Shown: one piece after another, positions 21,092 through 30,263 of the stretch
Numbering within the stretch: the first letter of the stretch is position 1
Layout: every line of letters starts with the position of its first letter
Origin: an uncultured delta proteobacterium
GTDB taxonomy: Bacteria > Myxococcota_A > Polyangia > Fen-1088
Direction of reading: 5' to 3'
Length of the DNA: 64,000 bases
Assembly: GCA_963723955.1 (NCBI GenBank)
Contig: CAVRSU010000013.1
Span: 230,893-294,892, forward strand
The notes under the pieces: generated by a model
Databases searched by the model: none
What the model saw: the letters and a program-made list of their open reading frames with translations, nothing else
Told to the model about the DNA's origin: nothing
Program-made: the position numbers and the translations under genes

Positions 21092-22741
21092 CTAGGCGGA
21101 TTCCTTGTTGGGGCTCTCGGGAGGCTTGGGGCTTCGGGGCAGGCGGACCGTGAAGGCGGCTCCCTTGCCCGGCTGCGATGTCACGTCGATGGTGCCGTGG
21201 TGCCCTTGTACAATGCCATAGACCACGGCCAGGCCCAATCCAACACCGCTTTCCTTGTCCTTGGTGGAAAAGAACGGCTCGAAGATGTGGCCGATGGCGT
21301 CTTCCGGAATGCCCACGCCGGTGTCGGCAACCACCAGCTCGATGGTGCTCGCGCTCGGCGTAACGGCCAGGCTCAGTGTGCCGCCGTCCTCCATGGCCTC
21401 GATGGCATTCATCAGCAGGGCTACGAGCACTTGTTGGATCTGGTCGGGGTCGCAGGTGAGAAGGTCGTCCTGTTCGGTCGGCCGGTATTCGCAGGTAATC
21501 GACGCCATGGTCATGCGGTGTTGAATGAGCAGCAGGCTGCGCTCGATGATCTGGGACAGGTGCACGGGCGCGAAGCTGGCCTGCGACGGACGCGCGAAGA
21601 GCAGCAGGTTGCGGACGATGTCGCCCGAGCGGCGCGATTCTTGTTGGATGGCGCCGAGGTAGCGCTGCACTTCGCGCTTGCCCGCCTCGTCGAGGGTTTC
21701 GTCGCGCACCACGCGCTCGACCAGCTTGGCGTAATTCAAGATGCCGCCGAGCGGGTTGTTGAGCTCATGGGCCACGGTAGCGGCCAACTTGCCGAGAGAG
21801 GCCATCTTCTCCATGAGCAGGACCTGGCGCTGGATGCGCCCGAGCTCGGCGGTCTTCTCGACGACCTTCTGTTCCAGCCGCTGCGACCATTGGTTGGCTT
21901 CCTCGCGCGCCTTGTGCAGATCCTGGGTCATGCCGTTGAAGGCCGAGGCCAGCACGCCGAGCTCGTCGCGCGAGGTCACGTCGATGCGCGTGTCGAGATC
22001 GCCTTGGGCGATCCGCTGCGTGCCTTCCACAAGCTTCATGACCGGGCGACGCACGATGCGATACACGAAGGCGATGGTGCCTGCGCTGACCATGAGCATG
22101 ACTGCGATGGTCAGCCACAGCGAGCGCCTGCGCGCGTCCGCCAGTGCCAGGTCGAGCGGTTCGAGCGACATCTGCACATCCATGATGCCGAGGATGGATT
22201 GCTCGGTGACCGGCGCGTGGCAGCCACTGCGCGCGCAGCGTGGTTCGTTCTCGATGGGCTCGATAACGCCGAACACGCGACGGCCGGCGCTGTTGCGGTA
22301 GACGCGCGTGCGCTTCTCGGTGTTGACCGCCTTGAGCGGCGCGGTCTTGTCGTGGCAGACCACGCAAGCTTCGGCTTGCAGGTCGACCTGCTGTCCGACC
22401 TTGCTGGGATCGTGGGAGAAGGCGACGACGCCGTGCTTGTTGTAGATGTTCAGGGCTTCGACGCCCGGGCTGCCCGCCACCAGCTGGACCACGTACTGAA
22501 CGTCCTCGTTGCGGTTCACCAGCATGCCGTGGTTGGTTGCGCGCTTGACGAGCTCGCCGAACTTGCGCGCGTACGAGTAGACCGACTCGTTCCACTCCTG
22601 CGAGATGGCGCGAAAGCTGAGGAAGGCGTAGATCGAGAAGACGACAACGATGGTGAGCAGCAGCGGCGCCAGCAGCCGCGCGCTCGCCGAATGGAAAAAG
22701 CCGACGAGGACATTGCCCGTCAAGACGGGCGGCGTGTGCAC
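21092..22741 (-). CDS. sensor histidine kinase: two TM helices, periplasmic domain with a CXXCH haem-binding motif, HAMP, HisKA and HATPase domains
   Basis: ORF 21092..23068 (TTG) would overlap the upstream gene by 250 nt; GTG at 22741 is the more plausible start but uncertain; CVVCHD motif; H-box HELNNPLGG; G-boxes. Confidence 0.75.
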   Translation of the reverse strand: MHTPPVLTGNVLVGFFHSASARLLAPLLLTIVVVFSIYAFLSFRAISQEWNESVYSYARKFGELVKRATNHGMLVNRNEDVQYVVQLVAGSPGVEALNIYNKHGVVAFSHDPSKVGQQVDLQAEACVVCHDKTAPLKAVNTEKRTRVYRNSAGRRVFGVIEPIENEPRCARSGCHAPVTEQSILGIMDVQMSLEPLDLALADARRRSLWLTIAVMLMVSAGTIAFVYRIVRRPVMKLVEGTQRIAQGDLDTRIDVTSRDELGVLASAFNGMTQDLHKAREEANQWSQRLEQKVVEKTAELGRIQRQVLLMEKMASLGKLAATVAHELNNPLGGILNYAKLVERVVRDETLDEAGKREVQRYLGAIQQESRRSGDIVRNLLLFARPSQASFAPVHLSQIIERSLLLIQHRMTMASITCEYRPTEQDDLLTCDPDQIQQVLVALLMNAIEAMEDGGTLSLAVTPSASTIELVVADTGVGIPEDAIGHIFEPFFSTKDKESGVGLGLAVVYGIVQGHHGTIDVTSQPGKGAAFTVRLPRSPKPPESPNKESA

Positions 22742-22815
22742 CTCGGGTGGTGCATCGCCCTGCCGCCCGGCGGTTTCATCGCCCGCGGATGCGTCCAGCG
22801 GCTTTTCGGGTGGGG

Positions 22816-23604
22816 TCAGGTCAGAAGCTCCTGCACAAGTTTGAGATAGCGGGCCGGGCCGAGCATGGTGCGCGGGTCGGTCAGGGCCTTGCCACCGTCG
22901 GCCATGGTCGCGCCCACGCGGGCCGGGCGTGCCGAAAGCAGATCGTCGGTGCGGCGGTGGAAGCTGTGCAAATGGGATCGGCTCAGCTTCTCCATGTCGG
23001 GACCGCACAGAAGCTGCGCGAGCTGCTTGTTCTTGCGGCTGGGCGCCACCGTCATGTCCACGAGCCAACCGGCTCCGTAGGGTGCCGACACCACAAGCTC
23101 GGGACAGCCCTGAGCGGCTTCGTTGTGGCCGGAAACCTCACCCGAGATGGGTGCTGGAATGGTCAGCTTGCCCCCTTTGGTGAAGAGGGTGGCGGCGACA
23201 TCGCCACGTTCGAGCCAGGTTCCCACGGCCGGAAGCTCCATCCCCGTGGCCTCGGACAAAAGCCAAGCCACCAGCGCGTCGACCCCCACGCGCACGGATG
23301 CCGAGCCCAACGGGAGCGCCCACGTGTGCGACGTGCTGAAATGGCGATCTTGGGGGAAAAGCCGGTATCCACTTGGTCCCCATTCTCCAGGCGTCCAGGC
23401 CGTCGCCGATTCCGAATCACCGCCATGCAGGGCCTTGTCGAGCAGGCAGTGCTCGCAGTCGAATTCGCGATCGCAGAGTCGGTAGGAAAGGACTCCCGCG
23501 CTCATCCAGATGCACTCTTTGCTTTCGGCCGGAACCGTGCCGAGCGGCGACCGCGTGCATGCGCGACGAGACGTGACTGCTGAGCTCTTGCTGCTTGGAC
23601 CCAT
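22816..23604 (-). CDS. GcvH-like (glycine-cleavage H-protein fold) domain protein with N-terminal Cys4 cluster
   Basis: start ATG 23604 (MGPSSKSS) with AAGGTGAGG RBS; CIWMSAGVLSYRLCDREFDCEHC; H-protein-like HTWALP...VGVDALVAW...PYGAGWLV. Confidence 0.6.
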   Translation of the reverse strand: MGPSSKSSAVTSRRACTRSPLGTVPAESKECIWMSAGVLSYRLCDREFDCEHCLLDKALHGGDSESATAWTPGEWGPSGYRLFPQDRHFSTSHTWALPLGSASVRVGVDALVAWLLSEATGMELPAVGTWLERGDVAATLFTKGGKLTIPAPISGEVSGHNEAAQGCPELVVSAPYGAGWLVDMTVAPSRKNKQLAQLLCGPDMEKLSRSHLHSFHRRTDDLLSARPARVGATMADGGKALTDPRTMLGPARYLKLVQELLT

Positions 23605-23642
23605 CGAATGCCTCACCTTGCTTGGGAAGTGGTCACCATTAG

Positions 23643-23660
23643 TGGCAAGAATGGAGCCAA
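23643..23660 (-). promoter_or_regulatory. predicted sigma-54 (-24/-12) promoter for the GcvH-like gene / kinase / regulator operon
   Basis: minus strand TTGGCTCCATTCTTGCCA, i.e. TGGCTC-N5-TTGC with GG-N10-GC spacing, about 40 nt upstream of ATG 23604. Confidence 0.5.
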
Positions 23661-23994
23661 TGCCTTCCGGGCTTGTCTGGCCGCCCGTCTGCAAGTGCCT
23701 TGTCGTCGATTTCCACAGGGCTCGTGGTCTCCGATCGCGTGATTTCTCCATTGGAGTGAGGAAAATCATTTTAATTCAAATGGTTATGGTCTGTGTGGAA
23801 AAATGCAACGGCAGTCCGGGTGGAACGCCGAGAAAGACGGCATTGGCTAAGAGAGTCAATCCCCCGCCGCCTGAGACACTCGCGGCTAAGCGGATCGGGC
23901 AGGTGTGGATCGGCGTGGATATTCTCGGGCAAATCCAGCGGAAATCGCTGCCACCCGGAATATCGCTGAAGGTGGAACAATATTTCATGGCAGG

Positions 23995-24010
23995 TGGTAC
24001 GGCGTTTGCG
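23995..24010 (+). promoter_or_regulatory. predicted sigma-54 (-24/-12) promoter for the divergent GcvH-like gene
   Basis: TGGTAC-GGCGT-TTGC with GG-N10-GC spacing, about 45 nt upstream of ATG 24055. Confidence 0.5.
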
Positions 24011-24054
24011 AGGACCCATTGCGAGGCGCCTCGAATGGCGGCCGGGAGGTAGCG

Positions 24055-24819
24055 ATGACCCGTTCCCAAAGCGTAAAGAGAGTGGCCAAGAATTCCCTGC
24101 TCTATTTGGGGCTGGCGATCGCGGTTGTCGCCGCCATTCCGCTTCTGGCTGGGTTGGCCTATGGCGTGCGTCTGCTGATCCCCCTCTTGATCGTCGGGGC
24201 GCTCGTCGCCATCGTGGTCAGCCCCAGGTTGCGACGCTGGTTCATGGCCGAGGCCGACAACTCGACGCAGTACCACGGCCTGACCATCCCGCCGACCAGC
24301 TTCTACGTTCATCCCGCGCATGGCTGGGCCAAGGCCGAAACCCAGGGATCGGCTACGGTGGGGGTGGATGCTCTTGCCGTCGCGGCTTTTGGGGCGGTCG
24401 TTTCCCTTGAGCCGCTGCCCATAGGCTCACAGGTTACACAGGGTCAGTCGCTTTTCACCCTGTGCTGCGAGAAGCGGCGGTTGGAGGTGAAGTCGCCCGT
24501 CAGCGGCGTTGTCGCGGACATCAACCGCGAGGCCACGGCAAAGCCCGCGTTGCTCAAGGACAGTCCCTACGGCGCGGGCTGGGTGGTTTGGCTGGAGGGG
24601 GTCAATTTCAGCGCCGAGCGGAGCCGCCTCACGAACGGCTCAACCATCCGGGCCTGGTTCCGCTCCGAGGTGGACAGGTTCACCGAGGCACTGGGCACGC
24701 CCCAGGCAGCGCCGACCATGGCGGACGGTGGCGTCCTCTCGAACGATCTCTCCGTCCATATCGACGATGCGAAATGGGACGAGATCGCGAGCAAGTTCTT
24801 CGCAAATGCGCCCGGCTAG
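24055..24819 (+). CDS. membrane-anchored GcvH-like domain protein (paralogue of 22816..23604)
   Basis: ATG 24055 with GGGAGG RBS; two N-terminal TM helices; HPAHGWAKAE...VGVDALAVAAF...SPYGAGWVVWL; C-terminal TMADGG motif shared with the paralogue. Confidence 0.6.
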   Translation: MTRSQSVKRVAKNSLLYLGLAIAVVAAIPLLAGLAYGVRLLIPLLIVGALVAIVVSPRLRRWFMAEADNSTQYHGLTIPPTSFYVHPAHGWAKAETQGSATVGVDALAVAAFGAVVSLEPLPIGSQVTQGQSLFTLCCEKRRLEVKSPVSGVVADINREATAKPALLKDSPYGAGWVVWLEGVNFSAERSRLTNGSTIRAWFRSEVDRFTEALGTPQAAPTMADGGVLSNDLSVHIDDAKWDEIASKFFANAPG

Positions 24820-25809
24820 TCAGGCGGCGGACGGCTCGTCGATCGCCACGTCCTCGACGATGCCGAGGTCGTGATCGTCAGCAGGCAGGGCCGACAGAAG
24901 CCTTTGGGCCAGGCTGCGGAAGGCAGCCGATTCCTTGGTCTTGCTATCAAGCACCAGTGGCCGTCGGGAGTTTACCGATTCATGAACGGCGGCCGAAGCC
25001 CGCAGCCAACCGAGCACGGGGACATTCAGACCGAGGTAATTGTGAATGGTTTGGGCCACTGCCGCGAAAACGCCGGTGTCCGCATCTTTGAACACCTGGT
25101 TGCCAACCATGCACGCGCCGAAGCGCCCAAGCTCGGTGAACACCTTGTCGGCCAATTCTGGGCGCGTCTCTCGTAGGTGGGCCAGTTTGTCCACCACCTT
25201 TTGGGCACCCGTACTCAGCGTGGCCGGTTCGAGCAAGGCCGCATCGATGTCCTCTTCTGCGATGTGAGACAACAAGCGCATCGCCGCGCTCTTGAGGAAT
25301 GCGTAGGCGTCGTGAAGGGCCGTGACCTGGGGCGTGGTGACAATCAGCTTGAGCACACCGAGATCGAAGAAATCGAGCACGTCGTATCCCACCCCCGCAC
25401 CCACGTCGACGACGATGATGTCTGCCTCCAGCGCGCGCAGCTTGCGCAGAAGCAGGATCTTTTGAGCGCCGGTGATATTGGCGGCACCCAGCGTGCCGCT
25501 CGTACCAGCCAGGAGGCGCAGGTTCGGGACTTGGGTCTCGGTCAGGCAGCTCTTGGCCTCATTCACCGATTTGTCGAGCAGGGCTTGAAGTCCCTCCGCC
25601 GGGTTGCGCAAGCCGAGGAGGATATGTTGATTCGCAGCGCCGAGATCCATATCGGCGATCACCACACGAAGCCCATCTTGGGCAAACGCGGCTGCAAGAT
25701 TGAGTGCGACGATGCTCTTGCCCACTCCGCCCTTGCCGCCGCCGACGGTGATGATGCGCGATTGGGCGGTTTGTTGCGTCGCGATGGTCATTGCGGCCTT
25801 CTCGTCCAT
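24820..25809 (-). CDS. MinD/ParA-family ATPase, FlhG/MinD-like
   Basis: deviant Walker A GGGKGGVGKS; DMDLGAANQHILLGL resembling FlhG/MinD switch region; ATG 25809. Confidence 0.8.
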   Translation of the reverse strand: MDEKAAMTIATQQTAQSRIITVGGGKGGVGKSIVALNLAAAFAQDGLRVVIADMDLGAANQHILLGLRNPAEGLQALLDKSVNEAKSCLTETQVPNLRLLAGTSGTLGAANITGAQKILLLRKLRALEADIIVVDVGAGVGYDVLDFFDLGVLKLIVTTPQVTALHDAYAFLKSAAMRLLSHIAEEDIDAALLEPATLSTGAQKVVDKLAHLRETRPELADKVFTELGRFGACMVGNQVFKDADTGVFAAVAQTIHNYLGLNVPVLGWLRASAAVHESVNSRRPLVLDSKTKESAAFRSLAQRLLSALPADDHDLGIVEDVAIDEPSAA

Positions 25810-25961
25810 TTATCGGTCGCCGACACGATTCGCTTGAGAAGCATGGCCTGGCGCCCATCTGCGGATCAGGACCAACCCTTCCGCGATGCTTCGTTGGCGG
25901 CAAAGCCGGCGAGCTCCACACGCGCCGACGCCGACCCGCTGCGGTTCGTGAACTATGTGGG

Positions 25962-27104
25962 CTAGGGAATCGTCGTGGGCGGTGGCGGGGGGTTGGTGAC
26001 ACCCGGACAACCAAACAGGATTTGCACGTTCGAGGCGGCGCCCGAGGTGATCTTGGCGCACGTGCTCCCGTTGAGCACGATGGTCTGGTTGTTAGAGCCA
26101 AAGCTCCAGCCGTTGGCGTTGTCCTTCTGGACCAAGTTCTTGTCGAGGTATACCGCGACATTGTTTGGATCGGGCGGGGCGGTCGGGGAGGTGAAGGTGC
26201 ACGTCGTAACGGCCTTGCTGATCGACGCGAGCGCCGAAGCGAGATCGGCCGACGAGGTGGCGGGGTAATACTTCCCGGTGCCGCCAGCGGAGGCGAAGCT
26301 GTCCAGGTTGCCAACGCTCGGGCCGATTCCGATGACGTACACCAGGAAGCCCGCGCTCTTGGCCGCGGTGATGGCATTGACAGCTCCCGGCACGTCGGTG
26401 GCGTTGGCCGAGCCATTCGCGCAGTTGGGTTCGCCGTCCGTGGCGAGGAGGATGACCTTGTTGTTCGGGTCCGTCAGGGTCTTGAGATAGGTCGTAGCCG
26501 CCGTGATGGCCGCCGCCGTTGGCGTGGCATTGCTCGGTGAAACCCCGGCAATCTGCGACTGGATAGCGCTCGCGGAATTGGCCCCGACGGCGACTTCCAC
26601 GCCCCGATTCACTGCGCACTCGCTGCCACCCGGCGAGGTAAACAGCTTGAGTCCCCAATGAATAGACGTGGCGGAGGTCAGCGTGGCGTCCACCGCGGCG
26701 GTCAAGGCCGGCCAGCGCGTGGTGCAGTTGGAGGTATTCGAGCAAACCTGGCCGCCACTTCCGGCCGCCTGTCGGCTGCAATAGCAGTCCTCGGCGATGC
26801 TGAAGTTCATCGACCCCGACCGGTCGAGCACCAAGAGGACGTCAGCCGGCTCATGGCTGGTGCTCGATACGGTGCTGCCGCAGTTGGCGTCGCCAGTCGG
26901 CGTCGCCCCGGAGGTTCCCGACCCGCTGGAGCCACCCTGGCCGGAAGGGCTCGGGTTGGGATTGATGACGACCGGGCCCCCCACTCCGCCACCACCGCTA
27001 CCTTCGCCGACCTTGTCGGTTGAACCGCAACCCACGAACCACATCGCGGCGCAAGAGAAGATCGTCAGGCCAACGAGCATCATCGAACGAACAGAGTTTT
27101 TCAT
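25962..27104 (-). CDS. von Willebrand factor type A (VWA) domain lipoprotein
   Basis: lipobox FVGCG; Gly/Ser linker; MIDAS motif DVLLVLDRSGSM; ...ATDGEPN. Confidence 0.75.
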   Translation of the reverse strand: MKNSVRSMMLVGLTIFSCAAMWFVGCGSTDKVGEGSGGGGVGGPVVINPNPSPSGQGGSSGSGTSGATPTGDANCGSTVSSTSHEPADVLLVLDRSGSMNFSIAEDCYCSRQAAGSGGQVCSNTSNCTTRWPALTAAVDATLTSATSIHWGLKLFTSPGGSECAVNRGVEVAVGANSASAIQSQIAGVSPSNATPTAAAITAATTYLKTLTDPNNKVILLATDGEPNCANGSANATDVPGAVNAITAAKSAGFLVYVIGIGPSVGNLDSFASAGGTGKYYPATSSADLASALASISKAVTTCTFTSPTAPPDPNNVAVYLDKNLVQKDNANGWSFGSNNQTIVLNGSTCAKITSGAASNVQILFGCPGVTNPPPPPTTIP

Positions 27105-27202
27105 GGCGCTTTCCTGCTTTGGGTGAAGCTCCTCACGGGGGTAGCCTATTTCTTGGTGCCCGCCGGCAGAAATCCCTTCGGTGATTCAGCGAACCCGGGC
27201 CC

Positions 27203-28312
27203 TCATCCGGTGGCGCGCCAGGCGTGTATCCCGCCGCGCAGACTCTTGGCCGCGCGCAGGCCGTGGCTCTCGCGCAAGATACCAGCGGCGGCGAGGCTGC
27301 GCACGCCTGCCGCGCAGTAGACCACGGTCGGCAGGTCGGCTCGCAGACCGGCGAGCAGTGGCCTTGACGAAGCGTCCTCAAGCTGTCCTAGGGGAATATG
27401 AAGGGACGGATGGATCGCGTCCTCTGCTCGTTCCCAGTCCTCGCGCACGTCGATGACCTGGACCGGGCCCGCGCGCAGCAATCTCCGCAACTCCGCGGCG
27501 TCGATTTCCAAGCGGTCGCTTTCCCAACCGTCGCGTGCGCAGGCCGCGAGCTTGGCGTCCGCCGGGAGCTCCCGGATGGGCCGGCTGTTGGGATCCGCGG
27601 CCAAGCCCACGGTTTGAACGTTCATGGTCAGCGCGTTCCACAAGAGCAACTTGCCAGACAGTGGCTCGCCCACGCCGGCGAGAATCTTGATGGCCTCGCC
27701 CGCCTGCCAAGTTCCCACCAGGCCTGGCAAGATCCCAAGCACGCCGGCCTCCGCGCAATTCGGCGCGAGCTCGGCCGGAGGTGGCGACGGGAACAGGCAA
27801 CGGTAGGTCGGGCCGCCGCGCCAGTTGAAAACGCTCAACTGGCCGTCGAAACCTTGGATCGCGCCGTAGACGAAGGGACGATCCGCCATCACACACGCAT
27901 CGTTGACCAGGTAGCGGGTGGCGAAATTGTCGGAGCCATCAATGACCACGTCGCAGGCGCCAACCAGATCGAGCGCGTTTTCCCGTCGCAAGCGCTCGGC
28001 CACGGCGACGATATCGACCAGCGAATTCAGCGCGCGCAATCGTCTGGCTGCGACTTCTGCCTTGGGCTGGCCGACATCCTCTTCGGTGTAAAGCACCTGA
28101 CGCTGCAAATTGCTGGCTTCGACGCTGTCCGAGTCCACCACCACGATGCGTCCCACACCGGCCGCGGCCAGGTAGAGCAGGGCCGGACAGCCGAGGCCGC
28201 CCGCGCCGACCACCAGGACCTTGCCAGCCTTGAGCCGCTCTTGCGCGGCCCGGCCGAAGCCGGGCAGGGAGAGGTGACGCTGGTAGCGGCGCAATTCTTC
28301 GGCGGTCAGCAT
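27203..28312 (-). CDS. thiF: ThiF/MoeB-family sulfur-carrier adenylyltransferase fused to a C-terminal rhodanese domain
   Basis: start ATG 28312 (MLTAEELRRYQRHL); GAGGLGCP nucleotide-binding motif; C-terminal rhodanese CAAGVRS; last gene of the thi operon. Confidence 0.85.
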   Translation of the reverse strand: MLTAEELRRYQRHLSLPGFGRAAQERLKAGKVLVVGAGGLGCPALLYLAAAGVGRIVVVDSDSVEASNLQRQVLYTEEDVGQPKAEVAARRLRALNSLVDIVAVAERLRRENALDLVGACDVVIDGSDNFATRYLVNDACVMADRPFVYGAIQGFDGQLSVFNWRGGPTYRCLFPSPPPAELAPNCAEAGVLGILPGLVGTWQAGEAIKILAGVGEPLSGKLLLWNALTMNVQTVGLAADPNSRPIRELPADAKLAACARDGWESDRLEIDAAELRRLLRAGPVQVIDVREDWERAEDAIHPSLHIPLGQLEDASSRPLLAGLRADLPTVVYCAAGVRSLAAAGILRESHGLRAAKSLRGGIHAWRATG

Positions 28313-29472
28313 GGTCGCACCTCGCGCGCGGCTCGCTCGACAACCTGCCCGTCGTAGGTTCCGTCCCAATCCTTCCACACCGGCTCGTATCCTTGCGCGC
28401 GCAGAAAGGCCGCGACTTCGGCGGGGCTGCGCGAATCGTCGACGGAGAACTGTTCAAGCGACGCCTGTCCGTTCGCGTACCCGCCCGGGTTGGTGCGCGA
28501 ACCCGCGCTCATCGCGGTGATGCCGAGGCGGAAGGCGTGGTTGCGGAAGCGGGCGCTCTCGCGCGTGGAAAGCGACAGCTCCACCTCTTGGCTGAACAAG
28601 CGGAAGGAGCAGATGGCTTGCACCAGATCCCGCTCGCCGAACGTCGACAGCGCCATGGCATCGTTGTCCGCGTGGCCCTCGTGCGGGCGCAAGCGCGGGA
28701 ACGAAATACTGGTGCGTGAGCGCCAATAGCGCTCTTCCAGGTAGCGCAGATGAAGCCCGACAAACCACGCATCGGCCCGCCAGTCCGACAGACCGTAGAG
28801 CGCGCCGATGCCGATCTTCTTGACCCCGGCCTGGCCCAGGCGATCCGGCGTTTCCAATCGGTAGCCCATGTTCGCCTTGGGGCCGCGCAGGTGGTGGCGC
28901 GCGTAGGCGATGGGGTCGTAGGTCTCTTGGTACACCATGACCGCGCTCATACCTTCTCGGCTGAAGCGAGCATAGTCGTCCACGTCGAGCGGTTGCACCT
29001 CGAAGGACAGACCGGCGAAACGCGGACGCAGCAAGCGCAGGGCGTGCACGAGATAGTCGGGCCCTACGCGCGGGCTTTCGCCGGTGAGCAGAAGGACATG
29101 TTGCATGCCCATCTTCGCCAGCACGGCGGCCTCGGCCAGGATCGCCTCGTCGTCGAGGATCAGGCGCTCGACGCGATTCTGCGCGCTGAACCCGCAGTAG
29201 GTGCAGATGTTGCCGCACACATTCGACAGGTAGAGCGGTGCATAGAGCTGCATAATTCGGCCGAATCGTTCGACGGTGCGCTGGTGGCTGGCTTGCGCCA
29301 TCTCCTCCAAGAACGGCGCCGCGGCCGGGGACAACAGGGCAGCGAGATCATCCAAAGACAGGCTGCCACGTCCGCGACCGAGCGCGCGGCGCACGTCCGC
29401 CGGGCTCTTGCCCGCGATGCGATCGGCGACGGCGCGAAAGTCGTGCTTGCGCCACAGGGTCTCGAAGCTCAT
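28306..29472 (-). CDS. thiH: 2-iminoacetate synthase ThiH (radical SAM)
   Basis: CGNICTYCGF radical-SAM cysteine motif; ThiH/BioB-like length and context. Confidence 0.9.
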   Translation of the reverse strand: MSFETLWRKHDFRAVADRIAGKSPADVRRALGRGRGSLSLDDLAALLSPAAAPFLEEMAQASHQRTVERFGRIMQLYAPLYLSNVCGNICTYCGFSAQNRVERLILDDEAILAEAAVLAKMGMQHVLLLTGESPRVGPDYLVHALRLLRPRFAGLSFEVQPLDVDDYARFSREGMSAVMVYQETYDPIAYARHHLRGPKANMGYRLETPDRLGQAGVKKIGIGALYGLSDWRADAWFVGLHLRYLEERYWRSRTSISFPRLRPHEGHADNDAMALSTFGERDLVQAICSFRLFSQEVELSLSTRESARFRNHAFRLGITAMSAGSRTNPGGYANGQASLEQFSVDDSRSPAEVAAFLRAQGYEPVWKDWDGTYDGQVVERAAREVRPC

Positions 29473-29477
29473 GGCCG

Positions 29478-30263
29478 CTATGCCTCTTGCCTTTGCCCCA
29501 GAAAGGCGGTGAGCGGCGACGAGGCGCGAGCCACTTCAGCCGCCTGTGGAAGTCCAGCCTCGTAACCTTTGCGACCGGCTTCGACCGCCAGGGCAAAGGC
29601 ACGCGCCATGGCCACGGGATCCGCGGCCGTGGCGATGGCGGTATTGACCAGCACCGCGTCGGCGCCCATCTCCATGGCCGCGGCTGCGTGCGATGGCGCG
29701 CCCAGCCCGGCGTCGATCACCACGGGGACCTGGCGCTGGGCCAAGATGATTTCCAGAAATGCGCGCGAGGCGAGCCCTTGATTGCTGCCGATGGGCGCGC
29801 CCAAGGGCATGACCGCGGCGGCGCCGGCCTCGGCGAGCTGGCGGCACAGGACCGGGTCGGCGTGGACGTAGGGCAACACCACGAAACCGCGCCGGGCCAG
29901 CTCTTCCGTGGCGGCCAGGGTCTCGATGGGATCGGGCATCAAGTACTTGGGGTCGGGGTGAATCTCCAGCTTGAGCCAGTTGGTTTGTAAAGCCTCACGA
30001 GCCAGCTCGGCCGCCAGGATGGCCTCCCGACGGTCGCGCACGCCCGAAGTGTTGGGCAGCAAGCGGTAGCGTTCCGGGTCGAGGTGGGCGAGCAGGTCGT
30101 CGTCCGCGCCGTCGGTGCGAACCCTACGCAACGCCACCGTCACAAGCTGTGTGCCCGAGGCCGCGAGGCTTTTGCGCATGAGCGGGCCGGAGCCGAATTT
30201 TCCGGTTCCGAGAAACAGGCGCGAGTGCAACTCGACGCCAGCGATGGTCAGTGGTGCATTCAT
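29478..30263 (-). CDS. thiG: thiazole synthase ThiG
   Basis: LFLGTGKF...; (beta/alpha)8 ThiG signature; 4-nt overlap with thiE. Confidence 0.9.
   Translation of the reverse strand: MNAPLTIAGVELHSRLFLGTGKFGSGPLMRKSLAASGTQLVTVALRRVRTDGADDDLLAHLDPERYRLLPNTSGVRDRREAILAAELAREALQTNWLKLEIHPDPKYLMPDPIETLAATEELARRGFVVLPYVHADPVLCRQLAEAGAAAVMPLGAPIGSNQGLASRAFLEIILAQRQVPVVIDAGLGAPSHAAAAMEMGADAVLVNTAIATAADPVAMARAFALAVEAGRKGYEAGLPQAAEVARASSPLTAFLGQRQEA

Noticed and set aside
22000-22080. Second haem-binding motif in the kinase periplasmic domain (CARSGCH)
   Set aside because: The spacing is CX4CH rather than canonical CXXCH. It is reported only as a possibility within the finding, not as an established site.
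21092-23068. Full-length ORF 21092..23068 as the histidine kinase
   Set aside because: It would overlap the upstream GcvH-like gene by about 250 nt, and the N-terminal 110 aa are low-complexity. The GTG at 22741 is preferred but uncertain.
22816-23769. Full-length ORF 22816..23769 as the GcvH-like gene
   Set aside because: The 5' extension would overlap the predicted sigma-54 promoter. The internal ATG 23604 has a good RBS and leaves a sensible 5'UTR.
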